64,000 bases of DNA, from assembly GCA_012295275.1 (NCBI GenBank), contig CM022679.1, forward strand, positions 30,380,001 through 30,444,000, given 5' to 3'. The stretch comes from Chrysomallon squamiferum. Its lineage: Eukaryota > Animalia > Mollusca. Positions 12,694-26,200 of the stretch are shown one piece after another; the stretch's first letter is position 1; each line of letters opens with the position of its first letter. A program made the position numbers and the translations under genes. Below the pieces are notes generated by a model. It worked only from the letters and a program-made list of their open reading frames with translations. It was not told where the DNA came from and did no database searches.

Positions 12694-15600
12694 CTAACAT
12701 AGTTTTGGGAATGTAACAAGTTCAGAAAATGTTTTCTAACTCATAACATTTAATTAAGAATTAATGTTCTGGTTCTTTTCTTTGTTTAGTTTTTATTAAC
12801 ATTACATTTGAGGGTATTTTGCATGTAGAGGTGTTTCTTGAGTTATTCTTGGTCTGTTTTAATGGTTGCATTGTTTTCTTACTGATAGAAACAGTAACTG
12901 TATGAATGTTAGATGGAACTGGTTGTTAGAATTAGCTGTAGTTATCTGACAAAGTATGGGCAATTTAAATAGAATTTAGAATTATTCTAATATTAATACA
13001 TTTTTTTTTTAAAGTTGTTTATATTCCATATAACAATATAAATACAGCTGTTAAAAAATTGAAAGTTTCAAAAGGCTCATATATATTTACATACATGTCC
13101 ATATCCAGAAACATACATAGATAGAGCTATACATTTATTTTGACAAAATAAAAAATGTAGTATGCTTCTAATATTACTTAATACCATCTTTTATTTTTTA
13201 TAAAAGAAGCCAAATTTATTGAATTGTCCATATTTGATTTTATGTTACAGGAAAGGCACATATTTTTATTTATTTAGTTCTTTTTCTTTTAATATGCCAA
13301 AAATATTGGATCTGTGCATTGAAACTTAACTTTGAATTATATAACCAGCAACAATCCTAACATCAAGTACTAATACTGAGTGATGTAAGTTAGCATGTTG
13401 AAGCGATGGATAATCTCTGATGGTTTGAAATCAAACCAGGCTTGTTTTTGCTTTTTTAGTTTACTAAACAAGAGCTGGCTTGCTAGAATCTGATTTGGCA
13501 GTGCTGTTTATAACATAGTTTGCAAGTAAACATAGGTCTCATGTATCAAATGCCTGAATGCTAATTTGGTCTGTTCCAGTCTTTGATTCTAGTCTACAAC
13601 CTGACGACTCTTACTATGAAGAAACCCTGCCTGATGGTACAGTAGTTCGACACAAAAAAGTACGTATCTCTAGTGACAGCGAAAACGTCATGGAACTCGT
13701 GGAATCTGAAGGACCCCCTCAGCTTGAAACAAAGGAGGAAACCCATCAGGAGGTTCTGCCAGATGGTACAGTACATTTGACTCACATTGTCCGGCGTCAT
13801 TCTATCAAACACACACATTAAAAGCCTCAGGTCTGAATCGGGTGAAGAGGAACAGATTCAGGAAGAGGATTCAGTAGTTCCAGGAACCGTTACTGAGGAT
13901 ATTATTGAAACATTTGAAGAACCACCGAGGTGTGTCCAGGGAGAACAGGATGTCATACAGGTAATGGAAGATGGCCGAGTGGTTAAGAAGCATGTGATTG
14001 TCAACAGAATGGTGCATCACATCAAAACTAAACACCAGTCATTTGATGAAGGCAGTGGTCTGAGTGAGGAGGAATTTGAGATTGAAGAAGCCATCCCGGG
14101 AACAGAGTCTGCCTTCGTAGCAGGCATGGATACTCCATCTGATGTTTCTGATGATGAAGATGATGTGGAGAGCCATATACAGGCTGACATAGGAGAAGTA
14201 GAAGAGGTGTTGGAGGATGGAACTATTGTCAGGAGGAGACTGATCACCAGTGAGCAGAAAAGAAAAGTTCGAGCCAGATCTGGGTCCATTGATGAATCTG
14301 TTGAGCAGAGATTTGTCACTGAAGATGAAGTGGTGCCAAGTCCTCGAAGCAAATCTCCTCTTACCATTGACTCTAACGATCCCGTTGGTTCACTCCAAGC
14401 AAGCCAAGAAACTATCCAGAGCAAAGTAACAACTTCCCGTGTGCAGCAGAAGAGAAACAAAGACACCATTGAAAGAAGTATTGAGTGTGTTGAAGATCTG
14501 CTGAGGAAAGGAACTCTGCAGCAAGCTGGTGCTCTTGAAAGCTCTGTTGACCGAGAAGAAGAGTTTATGACAGTGCCTAAACCACTCGAAAGTTCTGTCG
14601 ATGCCTTTAAAGAGAGTTCAGTGGATCCAGTGAAAGGTAAATAATCATTAGAGATTAGATTCAGATTATTTTGCAGATTTAGTTTTTTTTTCTGCTGTGG
14701 TTGTAGTTTTCACAGTTGTTAATGTAAGCAGAAGAACATGGGACGTTATAGATTTGCTGTGAGTGCTTCTCCTTAAGTTACAAAGAAGGTTAGTTACCTG
14801 ATTTTATATTCATTGGAGTTGTTTTTGTATGAAATAATTTGATAACAGAACTGGTGATAAATAGTAAAAACATTCTCACTGTAGTTCTGATGTGGACATA
14901 TTTGCAGTGAGAGGGGTATATGTTTGGAATGAAAATGACTTCATTCTGGCTTTTGAATGCAGTATAAATTAATGTGTGTCATGGAGTCTGTTTTGTCTTT
15001 GTATCGCAGTGTGTGACCAATGTTTTTTGACCAGTAGATCAGTTTGTGCAAGGGGATGGTGTACTTTATGTTCAAAGTATATGCATGATTTAATGACAAC
15101 AGTAAATAATTTCCAGAAAGTTATGTATGAATTTGAGTAAATGAAGAGAGTAATATCTTTTACAGATAAAAATCTTGTTTTGATAGCATAGTAATGTATA
15201 AGACTAAAAGTATATCAAACAATTAGTTATTAAATAATCATTCTTTTGACTGGCTATAAAATGATTATTGGTAACAGATATTTATTTTTGATAGACTATA
15301 AAAAGTTTCTTGGTTGAATAAATATTTATTATCAGTACAATCCATTCGATTCTAGGGCCGGAAGGATTTCGTTATTATACAAATATTTATTCGTTGATAC
15401 AACCACTATTTCAATTGGCTGTAAAATGTGTTTGTTACTAAACATGCATTGTTAAAAGAACTGTTTTGATTGGCTCTAGAATGTCGTGAACTGCCTGAGT
15501 CAGGTTTTGCTAAGCGACAAGTAAAGAAAGTCACATGGATGCCAGGTCATGTCGAGATGACAGCAGGTGAACTATAGACCTGCCTGCTTTGGTTGCCTCC

Positions 15601-17231
15601 ATTTAACTGTTTTATCTTTTGTTTTGTTTCCATTATAATTTCTAACTTGAGTACATTTTTGTTTAGTTACCTCCCCTGTCTAGTTACCATGACAACAGAA
15701 GCATAAACAGCTGTCTGCTTCTGGGTGTGGTTCTCAGATATAATGGACTAATCTGATTGGTTGTAATAATAATAATACTCATTATAGGTTTTATTAGAAC
15801 TATTTATTTTTGTTTTCCTAATTTGTTTATTTAGATCCAGAATGATTTTTTTTTTTTTTTTTTTTTGGTTGAAGAATGTTATTAATGTCCAAGTGTAGGA
15901 CTGTATGATCTGTGTTGTTAATTAACAAAATAATTCAGTAGAAAGTTATTTAAGTATGTCTACCATAACTATACAGAGACAAATATTCTACATATCCCTA
16001 ACAACTGACACCACATGAATATGCATGACACTGCATAATCTCTGTACTTTATGAGTAATGGACAAAGATGCTTTATTATTTTTTAATTGGTACGTTATTA
16101 CTGCTGGTTGGAATGGGCTAATGGGTTAAAAGAATTGGTGTTACATCACTTTTATTATAATGTGCAGCTTATGATTATTAATACAGAAATGTTTTATGAC
16201 ATTTTCAGTGTTTTAGATGATATAATAATATGTGAACAATAGTATTTTAACAAATTTATTTTATTATTATCATTATTGGGGTTTTCTAATTTATTTTTTT
16301 GTGTTTTTTTTTAAATCAGTATCACATAACTTTATTGTTATTTTTGTTACTGTTATTTATTTATTTATTTTTATTATTATATTTCATAATTGCCCATAAA
16401 ACCACTTTTTTAAAGTATAAGTTACTTTCATGGTGGGCCTCTTTGATATTTTATTGTTGGGTGTGAGATTTTTGGGTTTTTTTTGACTGGTTGATGATGA
16501 TGATTAGATGAAATATTTAAAAAAAATAAAAAATAAAAAAATAAAAAAATTCATTAAAAAAAAATATATTGTTTGCTTTTGTATTATAATGATATAAATT
16601 TATTGCAGCTGGCTTGATGTTTGGATATAAAAATGCAGGAATTTATTTAAAACTTTGTTTTATAAATATATTGTTCATTTTTTTTTTTTTTCTTGAGCAG
16701 TATTTATCTTTCAGTAGATTGAAATGATGGATGTAGAAGAACTGCAAATAATTATATTACATAAACATTCATACTTTTCAATCGGGGAACTGCATGAAAC
16801 CTTTTTATATTTAAATGTTTTCCTAACATTAATTTGCAGCATGCAAATACCAGTGAGCTTTATTTTTATTTTAAACATAAGATATCAAAAAAAAATTAAG
16901 TGTCACATGTGACAATTTGCTTTGGTTTAAATATGAAAAAAAAGAAGTTTTATATGACATTTGCTTTTATTGCTTTTAAACTATTATATTAAAATAATTT
17001 CTTCTTGGCCTTTTTTATTATTATTGTATTTTTTAATTGTTGTTGTTCATTTATTTTGTTTAAGATTTATTTAATGTTAATTGCTTCATGTTTTAAAAAA
17101 TTTGTTTTATAATTATTTTGATAATTTTGAATCACAAATATATGAACATATCTGCTAATCATGTTTTCATTATTGCATTGTGAAGGCCTAATTATGCTAG
17201 AGAGTATTGACAGAAAACAACCAATAATATT

Positions 17232-17272
<41 letters not shown>

Positions 17273-20200
17273 TTCACCTGTTTGAAACAAGCCATTATAT
17301 CCTGTTATAATCACCAACAATTGATAATGCTTAAAATATTTTATTGATATTCTCTTTGTTATTTATTTATTTTTTAAAATTGTTAAAACTTTGGATTTTT
17401 ATCATTGTACTGGCTAGTACTAATACTTATATCTTAACCATAAAGAATTAAAAAAATAAAAAATAAAAAAATAAAAAAATAAAACTAAGATATTTATCTC
17501 TAACCATTTGCTACAGTTACTCCTGGAATGTTTGGAGAAAAAATATAAATAACTAATAAAGAACCACATTATCTTCTTTCCTGTCTATGATTATAAAAAA
17601 CCTTCCAAATTTTTCCATTCGGTTATCTGTCTGTTATAAACTCTCCTGTTTAATTTGGCCTTTAATATTATCTTAATGTTATTATTTTTGCTTGCGCAGC
17701 ACCATTTTTGTTGACTGATGTTTGAATGCAAATGCTAACACTGTTTGTTGTTTCAGTTGATAGATTCACTGATTATACTGACACACCAGTCATTACTGTC
17801 ACTGAGGACAACAGCATTCCTCCAGACGAGGATGACTATGTAGCATATTTTGGAATAAAAGTTGACAGAAAAGGTTAGAGTTAAAATGAGCTAAATAACG
17901 GCAAGGAGAATTTCAAATAACAGTGCTTAGTTTCTTACTCTAGTCTTCTAACCTTTAGGCACTTCATTAAAAAAAATAAAGTAGTAAAAAAAATAAAAAA
18001 AAAATAAGGAAAATGTTGGAAATTACAATTAAAATTTTATTGTTAAAGTAAATTTAAAAAGACTGTTTTGTATTTTCATAAGCAGTCGATTTTAATAATA
18101 ATAATAATAATAAATAAAATAAAAAATAATTACAAATACATTTTTAATAATAATAATTGTCAATAAATTAAATTGTCTTATATTATTTAAACTTAAACAT
18201 AAAACAAATAAAGACAGTATTTTATGTTTCACTTAAACTAACATTGAATTCTGTGTATATATGTATGTATATATAAATGAAAAAATATGTGGTATTGACA
18301 AAATTAATAATATCCAGATTAACTTTACCCAGTAACATATTAACTTAACTTTTAAAGAATGATTATTTAAAAGTTATCTGTATTAATACCTTACAATAGA
18401 AATTATAACATATTTATCAGTATAAAACATTAAAAAGAAATTTTATAGATAGAAAGTTATTTCATCTTGCAAAATACATTTTGAAAGTCACTTCATAAAC
18501 AGTATGACCAAAGCTTTTTTCTTATATTTTATTTTATTTTATTTTTCTAACAAAAACCTTGAATAATCTGGGGTTTTTTTTTTTTTCTGCTTTCATTTTA
18601 ACCTTCAGCTTTTAGCCAATTTTTTTAATCTTTTTTTCTTTCCTCAGTTTTATTTTGCTAAAAGAAGCAGCTTATTTTAAATGGTTTGTGCTAAATGCAT
18701 GTTAATTTTGATTTACTGAAATTTATAAATTTATTAACTTTATCACTGAGAGAAAACAACAACAGCAATCCCATACTAAACTTTCTATAACAGTGACATA
18801 GCTTATATAATAATAACTGTAGGTATTCTTATTTAATTATCTCTCATGGTATTTAATATGTCATTTTATCCACTACAGATGATTTGATCATGGAAAAAAA
18901 TTAACAGTGTTTATAAATACATATCTGGCAACATTTTGTATTTTTATAAAATTAGATTCTGAAACAAAACAAATTTTTTTGTATCTGGGGCTATACAATT
19001 ATTTTCTTATCTTTTGTTGTTTTTACCTTTTAGGTGTTTTAGTAAATATATACAGATATATTTATAATAATAATAATATTATTATTATTTTGTTTCTTAA
19101 TTTATAACTGGACTTCTGTTCTTAATTCTTTATTATTAAATTTAGGGGAATTTAGTTTAAACTAATATGCAATAGGTATATTAGTTTTAAAACAATAAGT
19201 TTTTCCTTGTAGTACTAGCATTTACTAACATATTCAATAGAAAACCAACATTACAGGTTCCTTCTATTGACTTCATTTATGTGATAATCAAGTAAAAGTT
19301 GACATTAATATATTTTACACTCATCAAGGGATATTATATATTTTATTCACAATGGAAAAATGATAATGCAAAAGGCTACATTATTACACTTATTAAAATC
19401 AACAACAGTTACTGTATATTTTATATATCATCGAGATATGATTATACAGTGTCATCACATTTATTATGGAATTTTTTATGGTTGTTCCTTTTGTGTCCAT
19501 AATGATAAAATGGAAACTACATTCTTTATAGTTCACCTATCGTGTACTAACATGATAATATTTTTATCATACACATAATATTTTTATTACATATCATGAA
19601 TTTGAGACTGCAGTATGAGTTGTTATTTTACTACTGTTTTCAGAATGATACTAAAATTCCGTTTTACTGATGCACACTATGATTTTTTTTTGTATCTGAG
19701 GTTTGTCATATGAAGAACTGTTTCTAAGTAATTAAATGATTTTTTTCTTCTCACAAGCAGCTTCTTTGGAACAGGACAAAGATATTTATCCTGATGCAGC
19801 AGGTACAGCTTGATATTGTCCAGCATGTCTTTCCTTCCCCAGACCCACATTTTTTTATTTTATTTTATTTGTTTATTAAAATCATTTATACTTCTATTGT
19901 ACTTTAAAACGTGCAAAATTTACATCTATCTTTCAGAAATTTAAACCATATCTTAAAAATAAATATACAGCCATAAGAAAGTGACTACATATTAAAATGA
20001 ATAATATGTAAATTCTGATTTATTATGTTCTGTATGAAAATTACATTAAAAATATGAGAAATATGCAAATAATGAATATAGAAACAATTATGTATATATG
20101 GAAATTATGGTTGAAAAATGGTTGGGAGTTATTTTGTAAATTTTGCAGGTTTATAATACTTTTATTGTATAAAATTCTATGCTATGTTTTCATTGTGGTG

Positions 20201-23200
20201 TCAAGATTTCATCTAGATTTAAGAAATCTTTTCAAAGACATACGTTGCTTTTACAAAATTTTAAACCTACATTATTACATAATTTACTACAAATTCTTAA
20301 TTATCTCTTATTCTTATTTTTTTTTTTAAATCAAATTTAATAATTAGATGACCTTTGAAAAGATACATATCCTGAAATAAGGTTGAAAACAGACATCACA
20401 GTGAAATAATTTCATTCACTGTTGTCATTATGTAATTTCTTTTTTCTTTTTAATTTTCAGAAATGTTTATTATATTATAAAATCTAAACCACACACTGTG
20501 TGTTTTGCACCAAATTTATATTGGTGTAGGTTCATTATCAATAGATAAATGTTAGACTAATTACTGTGGTTTTTATTTTTTTATTTTAAGTAAGAACTTC
20601 ATAATTAGCATGCGCATGTGATGCCAAAGTGTATTTGGTTTGATAAATATCTTCAAAAATCAGAATTCATGAAGGAAGAACAGTGGTTTCATTTTATTAA
20701 GTGAAAACAATAACAATAAAGTAATTTGAATTATGAACTAAAATGCTGAGTATGTTTGAATATACCAGGGTTTTGTAAAAGTTAAATAAAATGATAGAAA
20801 TCTAAAAGATACATTTTTGAAATTATTATTTTTTATTTCATTCCAAATACAGTTCATGGCATCAGTGTGTTTTGTATAAGTTAAAAGTTAACAGAAAAGT
20901 AAACTGAAAACAAACCAAATATTGATAATATAATTTTTATTTTATTTTATTTTTTTGATGTTTATATATGTATTTATGACAGTGTTTGTTGTTTTTCATT
21001 CAAAGTAGATCTATTTCATGTGACTGTATTGTGGTAGACCTGTGTCCTGCAAATTAATACAATCTCTTCTCTTTTTTCACTTTGTTTTTTTCATCATCCA
21101 TGTTTACAATTTTTCTCATTCATTCATTATGAAAATATTATAATAACCTGCACTCTTGTGGGTTCACTAACAATCCCTCCCCTCTGTTTTTTAATGCTTT
21201 CTTCCCTGGATTGGCTCTGGGCTAGTAGCAGGTAAAGGGGTTTCTCAAAGTTATGTTGAGGATGAATTTATCAGTGAACAAAAAATTGAAGAAAGGGAAC
21301 AAATATGTGAGAAAGAGCAGGTAGATGAGATTGTAGAGAAAGAGGTTACTCAAATTGAAAAAGAAATAAGTAAAACTGAAGTAGTAGAGGTTAGTAGAGA
21401 AAAAGTTGAAGAGCTTTCTGAGTTTGTGGAGGAAATCAAAGCAGCAGAAGTTCATGAAGAGGAAGTTGTATTCATGGAGGAGCAGATTGTTGAGACTGTT
21501 GCTCCCATTCAAGTTGAAACCATTCCAGGAAAGGCAGAAGGAGTTTTTGAGGAAGTAGAGCAGATTGAGGAATGTATTGAAGAAAAGGCAGTAGTCAAGG
21601 AATCAGAAGAGAAAAAATATCAGGTGACCCTCCCTGAAAAACCATTAGATGAGTCTGTCTGTAGTGATGTTATTCTTGATGAAAAGGACCAAGCTGATGT
21701 CTGTGATGATGAATTTAAGGTTGTGAGTGAATCAAAACATATGGTTGAAACTGAAACTGTGATCAAATCTGAAGTTCGAGAAACTGAAGAGTATATTGAA
21801 TCTGTCCAAAAAGACATTGTTGAATCAAAAAAGCATATCATTGAAGAGAAAGAGATGTATGAACTTTCAAAAGATGAGTACGTTTCTGAAGAAAACAAAC
21901 TGATAGCAGAGAAAGAGTCTCAGATGCTGTCAGAGACATCCACTGAGGAAACACATATTATCACACACACCGAACATGACTTGTTAGAATCAAAACATGA
22001 GTATAAGTGGGTAGGAGAGGATGAGAAATATGTTGCTGATGAATCTGAACATGAGAAAGCTGCAGCATCACCGGAAAGTCCTGAACCAGAGGAACAGAAA
22101 GATGAGGACTGGGAACTCCTGGACAAAGATGAACTAACTGATGAAGAACTGAAAGCAGCACATGATTCATTGCTGATGCAAACATCATTTAAATCTGATG
22201 AAAGTGCTCCTCTTGAATTTGATGTTAAAACTTCAACATCCAGTGAAACATTTGAGTCTCAAGAATACATGCAAAAAGAAATGATTTCCAGTACTGATGA
22301 ATTGGAGATGGTTACTGAAACTGTTATTGAAAAAACTGAGGAAGAAATTCTCACCACAAAAACTGAACAAGAACCAGAACTTTTTATTCAGGAGGAACAT
22401 TTTGCTGCAGTAACAAAAATAGAAACCAGTGTTGAAGAAGTTGAAAAACTGATTGAAAGAGAAATACATGAATCAAAAGTGGAACAGGAGGTACTGATTC
22501 CTAAAGTTCAAGAATTTCAAAAGAAGGAAGAAGCAGAGGAATTGAAACTGGAAGCAGAAGAAACTGTGGACACTGTTGAAGAAAAACAGATAAAAGAGGA
22601 AGAATTAGTTATGAAAGAAATGAAAGAAGAGAAGGAATCAGTTCTGGAAGAACAAGTGATAGAACAGGTGAAAGAACAAGTGATAGAAGAGGTGAAAGAA
22701 CAAGTGGAATATGAAATTAAAGAACAGAAAGAGGAGACAATAGTTGAAACAAAAGTAGAGACTGTTGTAGTGGAACAAGTTGAAAAGGAAGAAATTGTTC
22801 CTGAAGAAAGGTTTGCATCAGAAATGATAGACATATTGGATCAAGAAGTGAAAGAGGAAGAGGAAGAACATGTGTCTGAAGCACAACAAATAGAAGCAGA
22901 AGAATACATTTCTGAACTAAAACAAATTGAACAGGAAGAAATGATTCATGAAGAGAGACCTGAACTTGAAACAGTAGAACAGAAGGATGAGTATGTGACA
23001 GAAGAAACTGTTGAAATAAAGCAAACAGAGCAGGAAGAAATAGTTAAACCAACAGAACAGGAGGAAATAATGCATGAAGAAAAATTGGAAAAAGAATCAG
23101 AACAACTTGAAAAAGAAATTCAAATGAAAGAAGAATCACAGCTTCTGCCAGAAGATCAAATTACTCAAAAGGAGGAAGTAATACCTGAAGAAAAAGTGGA

Positions 23201-26200
23201 ACAGGAAATAGAACCACAGGAACAAAAGGAGGAAGAACATATTCCTGAAACAGAAAAACTAGAGTCAGAAAAACAAACTGAACAAGAACTAATTCTAAAG
23301 GAAAAACCAATAGATTTCAAAGTTGAGGAAGAACAATTCGATCAGGAAATAAAGGAAGAAGAAGAAATTGAGAAAGAAGTGGAAAGAATGGAATATGAAA
23401 CCATCAAAGCAGAACCAGATGAACAGGTTTCTTTTGAAAAAGAAATTGACCATGAACACTGGCTTCAGAAGGATGAAATGGAACAAAAAATTGAAAAACA
23501 CGAAGAACAAACAATAAAAGAAACACGTGAGGAATTTGTTTCTGAAATGATGAAAATTGAACATGAAAAGATTGAAATAAAAGAGGAAATTTTAGTGCAT
23601 GAACTAAAACAAGAAAGTATTTCTGAAAAGTTGGAGGAAAAGGTTTCTGAAATGGAACAAGAAGAAATAGTATGTGAAGAAAGAGAAGTGAAAGAACATA
23701 TTACAGAAGTGACAAAAATAAAAGAGACAATGGAAAAGAAACCAGAAGAACTAAAAGAGGAACAAATTCCTGAAGTACCAGTTACTGAGAAAGAACAGGT
23801 AGAACAACAATTCAAAGAACCAATGGAAACTGCAGAAGTTGAAGAGGAAATAAAATATGAACAAGAAAAAGTGCCAGTAGAACATGAAATTCAGGAGGTA
23901 AAGATGGACCAGGTGTTTGAGCAAGTAGAAAAAGCTGAAGGGAAAACGGAGGAAACAGCAGAGGAACTTACTACAGACACATTTGATGTGGAACAACAAA
24001 TTATTGAACCAAAAGAAGCTACACAGGAGGAAATTATTCCAGAAGAAGAAAGAGAGGAGAAAGACCTCTTTGTAGAACTGCCAAAACAGGAACCAGCTGA
24101 ACAGGAACCAACTGAACAGGAACCAGCTGAACAGGAACCAGCTGAACAGGAAATTATGAAACTGAAAGAAGAATTTGTCTCAGAAACTGTAGAAATAGAA
24201 CAAGAATACAAAATGCATGAAGTGATGAAAGTTGAAAAAGAGGAATTGGGTGATGAAGAAAAATCAGAATATAAAGTAGAAACAATAGAACAAAAACTGG
24301 AAGATCAAAAAGTAGATTATGTTCCTGAAACACATGAAGTTGAAACAGAAGAACAAACAACTGAAGTAAAAAAGTTGGAAGAGGAGGAAGAGAAAATAGA
24401 AAGAGACAAACACATTGAAGAAATGGAGGATCAAAAAGAATTTGTAGAAGTAGAACAAAAAGAGCAGGTTCTTGAAGAAGAGGAATTGGTTCTTGAAGAA
24501 GAAAAAGCTGCTGAGTTAGACCAGGAATTGGAAAAACCTGGAGGTGAAGAATACAAATTGGAACACAAAGAAGAAGAAATCTTAAAAATAGCAGTAGAAG
24601 AAACTGAAAGGGAAGAACATCCTCCAGTTCTACCAGCAGTGAAAACATATATTTCAGATGAAGAGCTTGTTGAGGAAGAACAGTTTTCACCAGCTCATAT
24701 TAGTGTTTCATGGGAGTCTGCTGAACAAGAGATAGACAGAGAACAAGAACATGCTGAGAAATATGACGCTGAAGAAAAAGATCATGAATCGGAAAGTGAG
24801 GAATTTGAATCTGAGGAAGAAGTCATGGAAAGTCAAATTGCTAGAAATCTAGAGGAGCAGGAATATTATGAAGAAAGTCAAGAAAGAGAAGAATCAGAAG
24901 TGATTGCCAAAGAGCAAGAATTAACTGATGTCCAGCAGGAAGAAATTGTCAGCGTTGAAGCAGCAGAAACTTTCAAAGAAACTGTTGGGAAAGGGATTTT
25001 TGATGTAGCCTTGCAAGAAATGGAAGGAACAGCAATTGAAGTGGATTTCAAAAGTGATAAAGAAATAGAGCCTGAAAAAAGAATAGAAGAGGAAGTTCAA
25101 AACATAGGTACAATTTCAGAACAAAGACAAGCTGAAATTGATCAACAAACAGTAGAAGTGGAAAAACCCACAGAAGTTGAGCTGACTGTTGAACAGCCTG
25201 AAGAAGAGGTTACATCTGAGGATTCGGATTTCTCAGAGACTGAAGAACCAGAACTGACTTGTCTTCAGGAAACAGAGGATGGTGATATTGAGGCCACAAC
25301 TTATGTATCTGATGAGCAGGAGCAGGTAGAGGCTGAAGAAGGACTTGAAGAACATCCTCGGACAGAATTTGCTGATGGCATAGAATATCTCAGAACTCAA
25401 AGACCAGAACCTCCATCAAGCACAGAGATCAGAGAAAGTGAAAAGATAGAATTTGGAATCTCGCCACTAGAAAAGGTGGAAACACCAGTTTCACAACAGA
25501 AACCAGAAACAGGTGTGCCGGAACCTGAAGCTGAGGAAAAAACAGAGTTTGAAAAAGAGAAATCTCCTGAAGTACAAATAAAGGAGCCCCTCTCATTTGA
25601 AGAATACAAAGAAGAAGGTGAACTAGTGAAGCCTCTGTCACCAAAACCTTTTGAAGCAGTGCAGATTGAAATAGCTGAAGAAACAGAAACAAAAACATTG
25701 GATGAAGAGATAATCTTAGAAACAAAACTGGATGAAATTGGTCAGTACATTGCAGCAGAAACAACAGAAACATCTCTGGACTATGTTTTGGAAGTCCACA
25801 AAGAGACTACACCAGAAGCTGCAGAAATAGAAGAGGGAAAACCCAGAGATGAAACTTTAGCAGAAGTTACAGTACAACAAGGAGCTGAAACTATACCAGA
25901 GGGTGTTGAGGATTTGTCACCACTACATGAACAAGTTGCTGCAGAAACTGAAGTGAAGCCACTGTTGGACACAGTTGTAAAAGAAAAGGAGAAAGACGAA
26001 GAGATTGTCATAGAATCAGAACTCAGACTAGAACATGACGAAGAACAGATATTTGGAATAGATTATGCACAAGAACTGGAACCTTCTGCACCACCTGTTG
26101 AGGAAGAAACAAAAACAACTGCTTATTATGAAGAACCAAGCAAGGAAGACCAAATAGATTTACTTACAGCAGAACCAGTCAGTGACGAAATCAATGTTAT

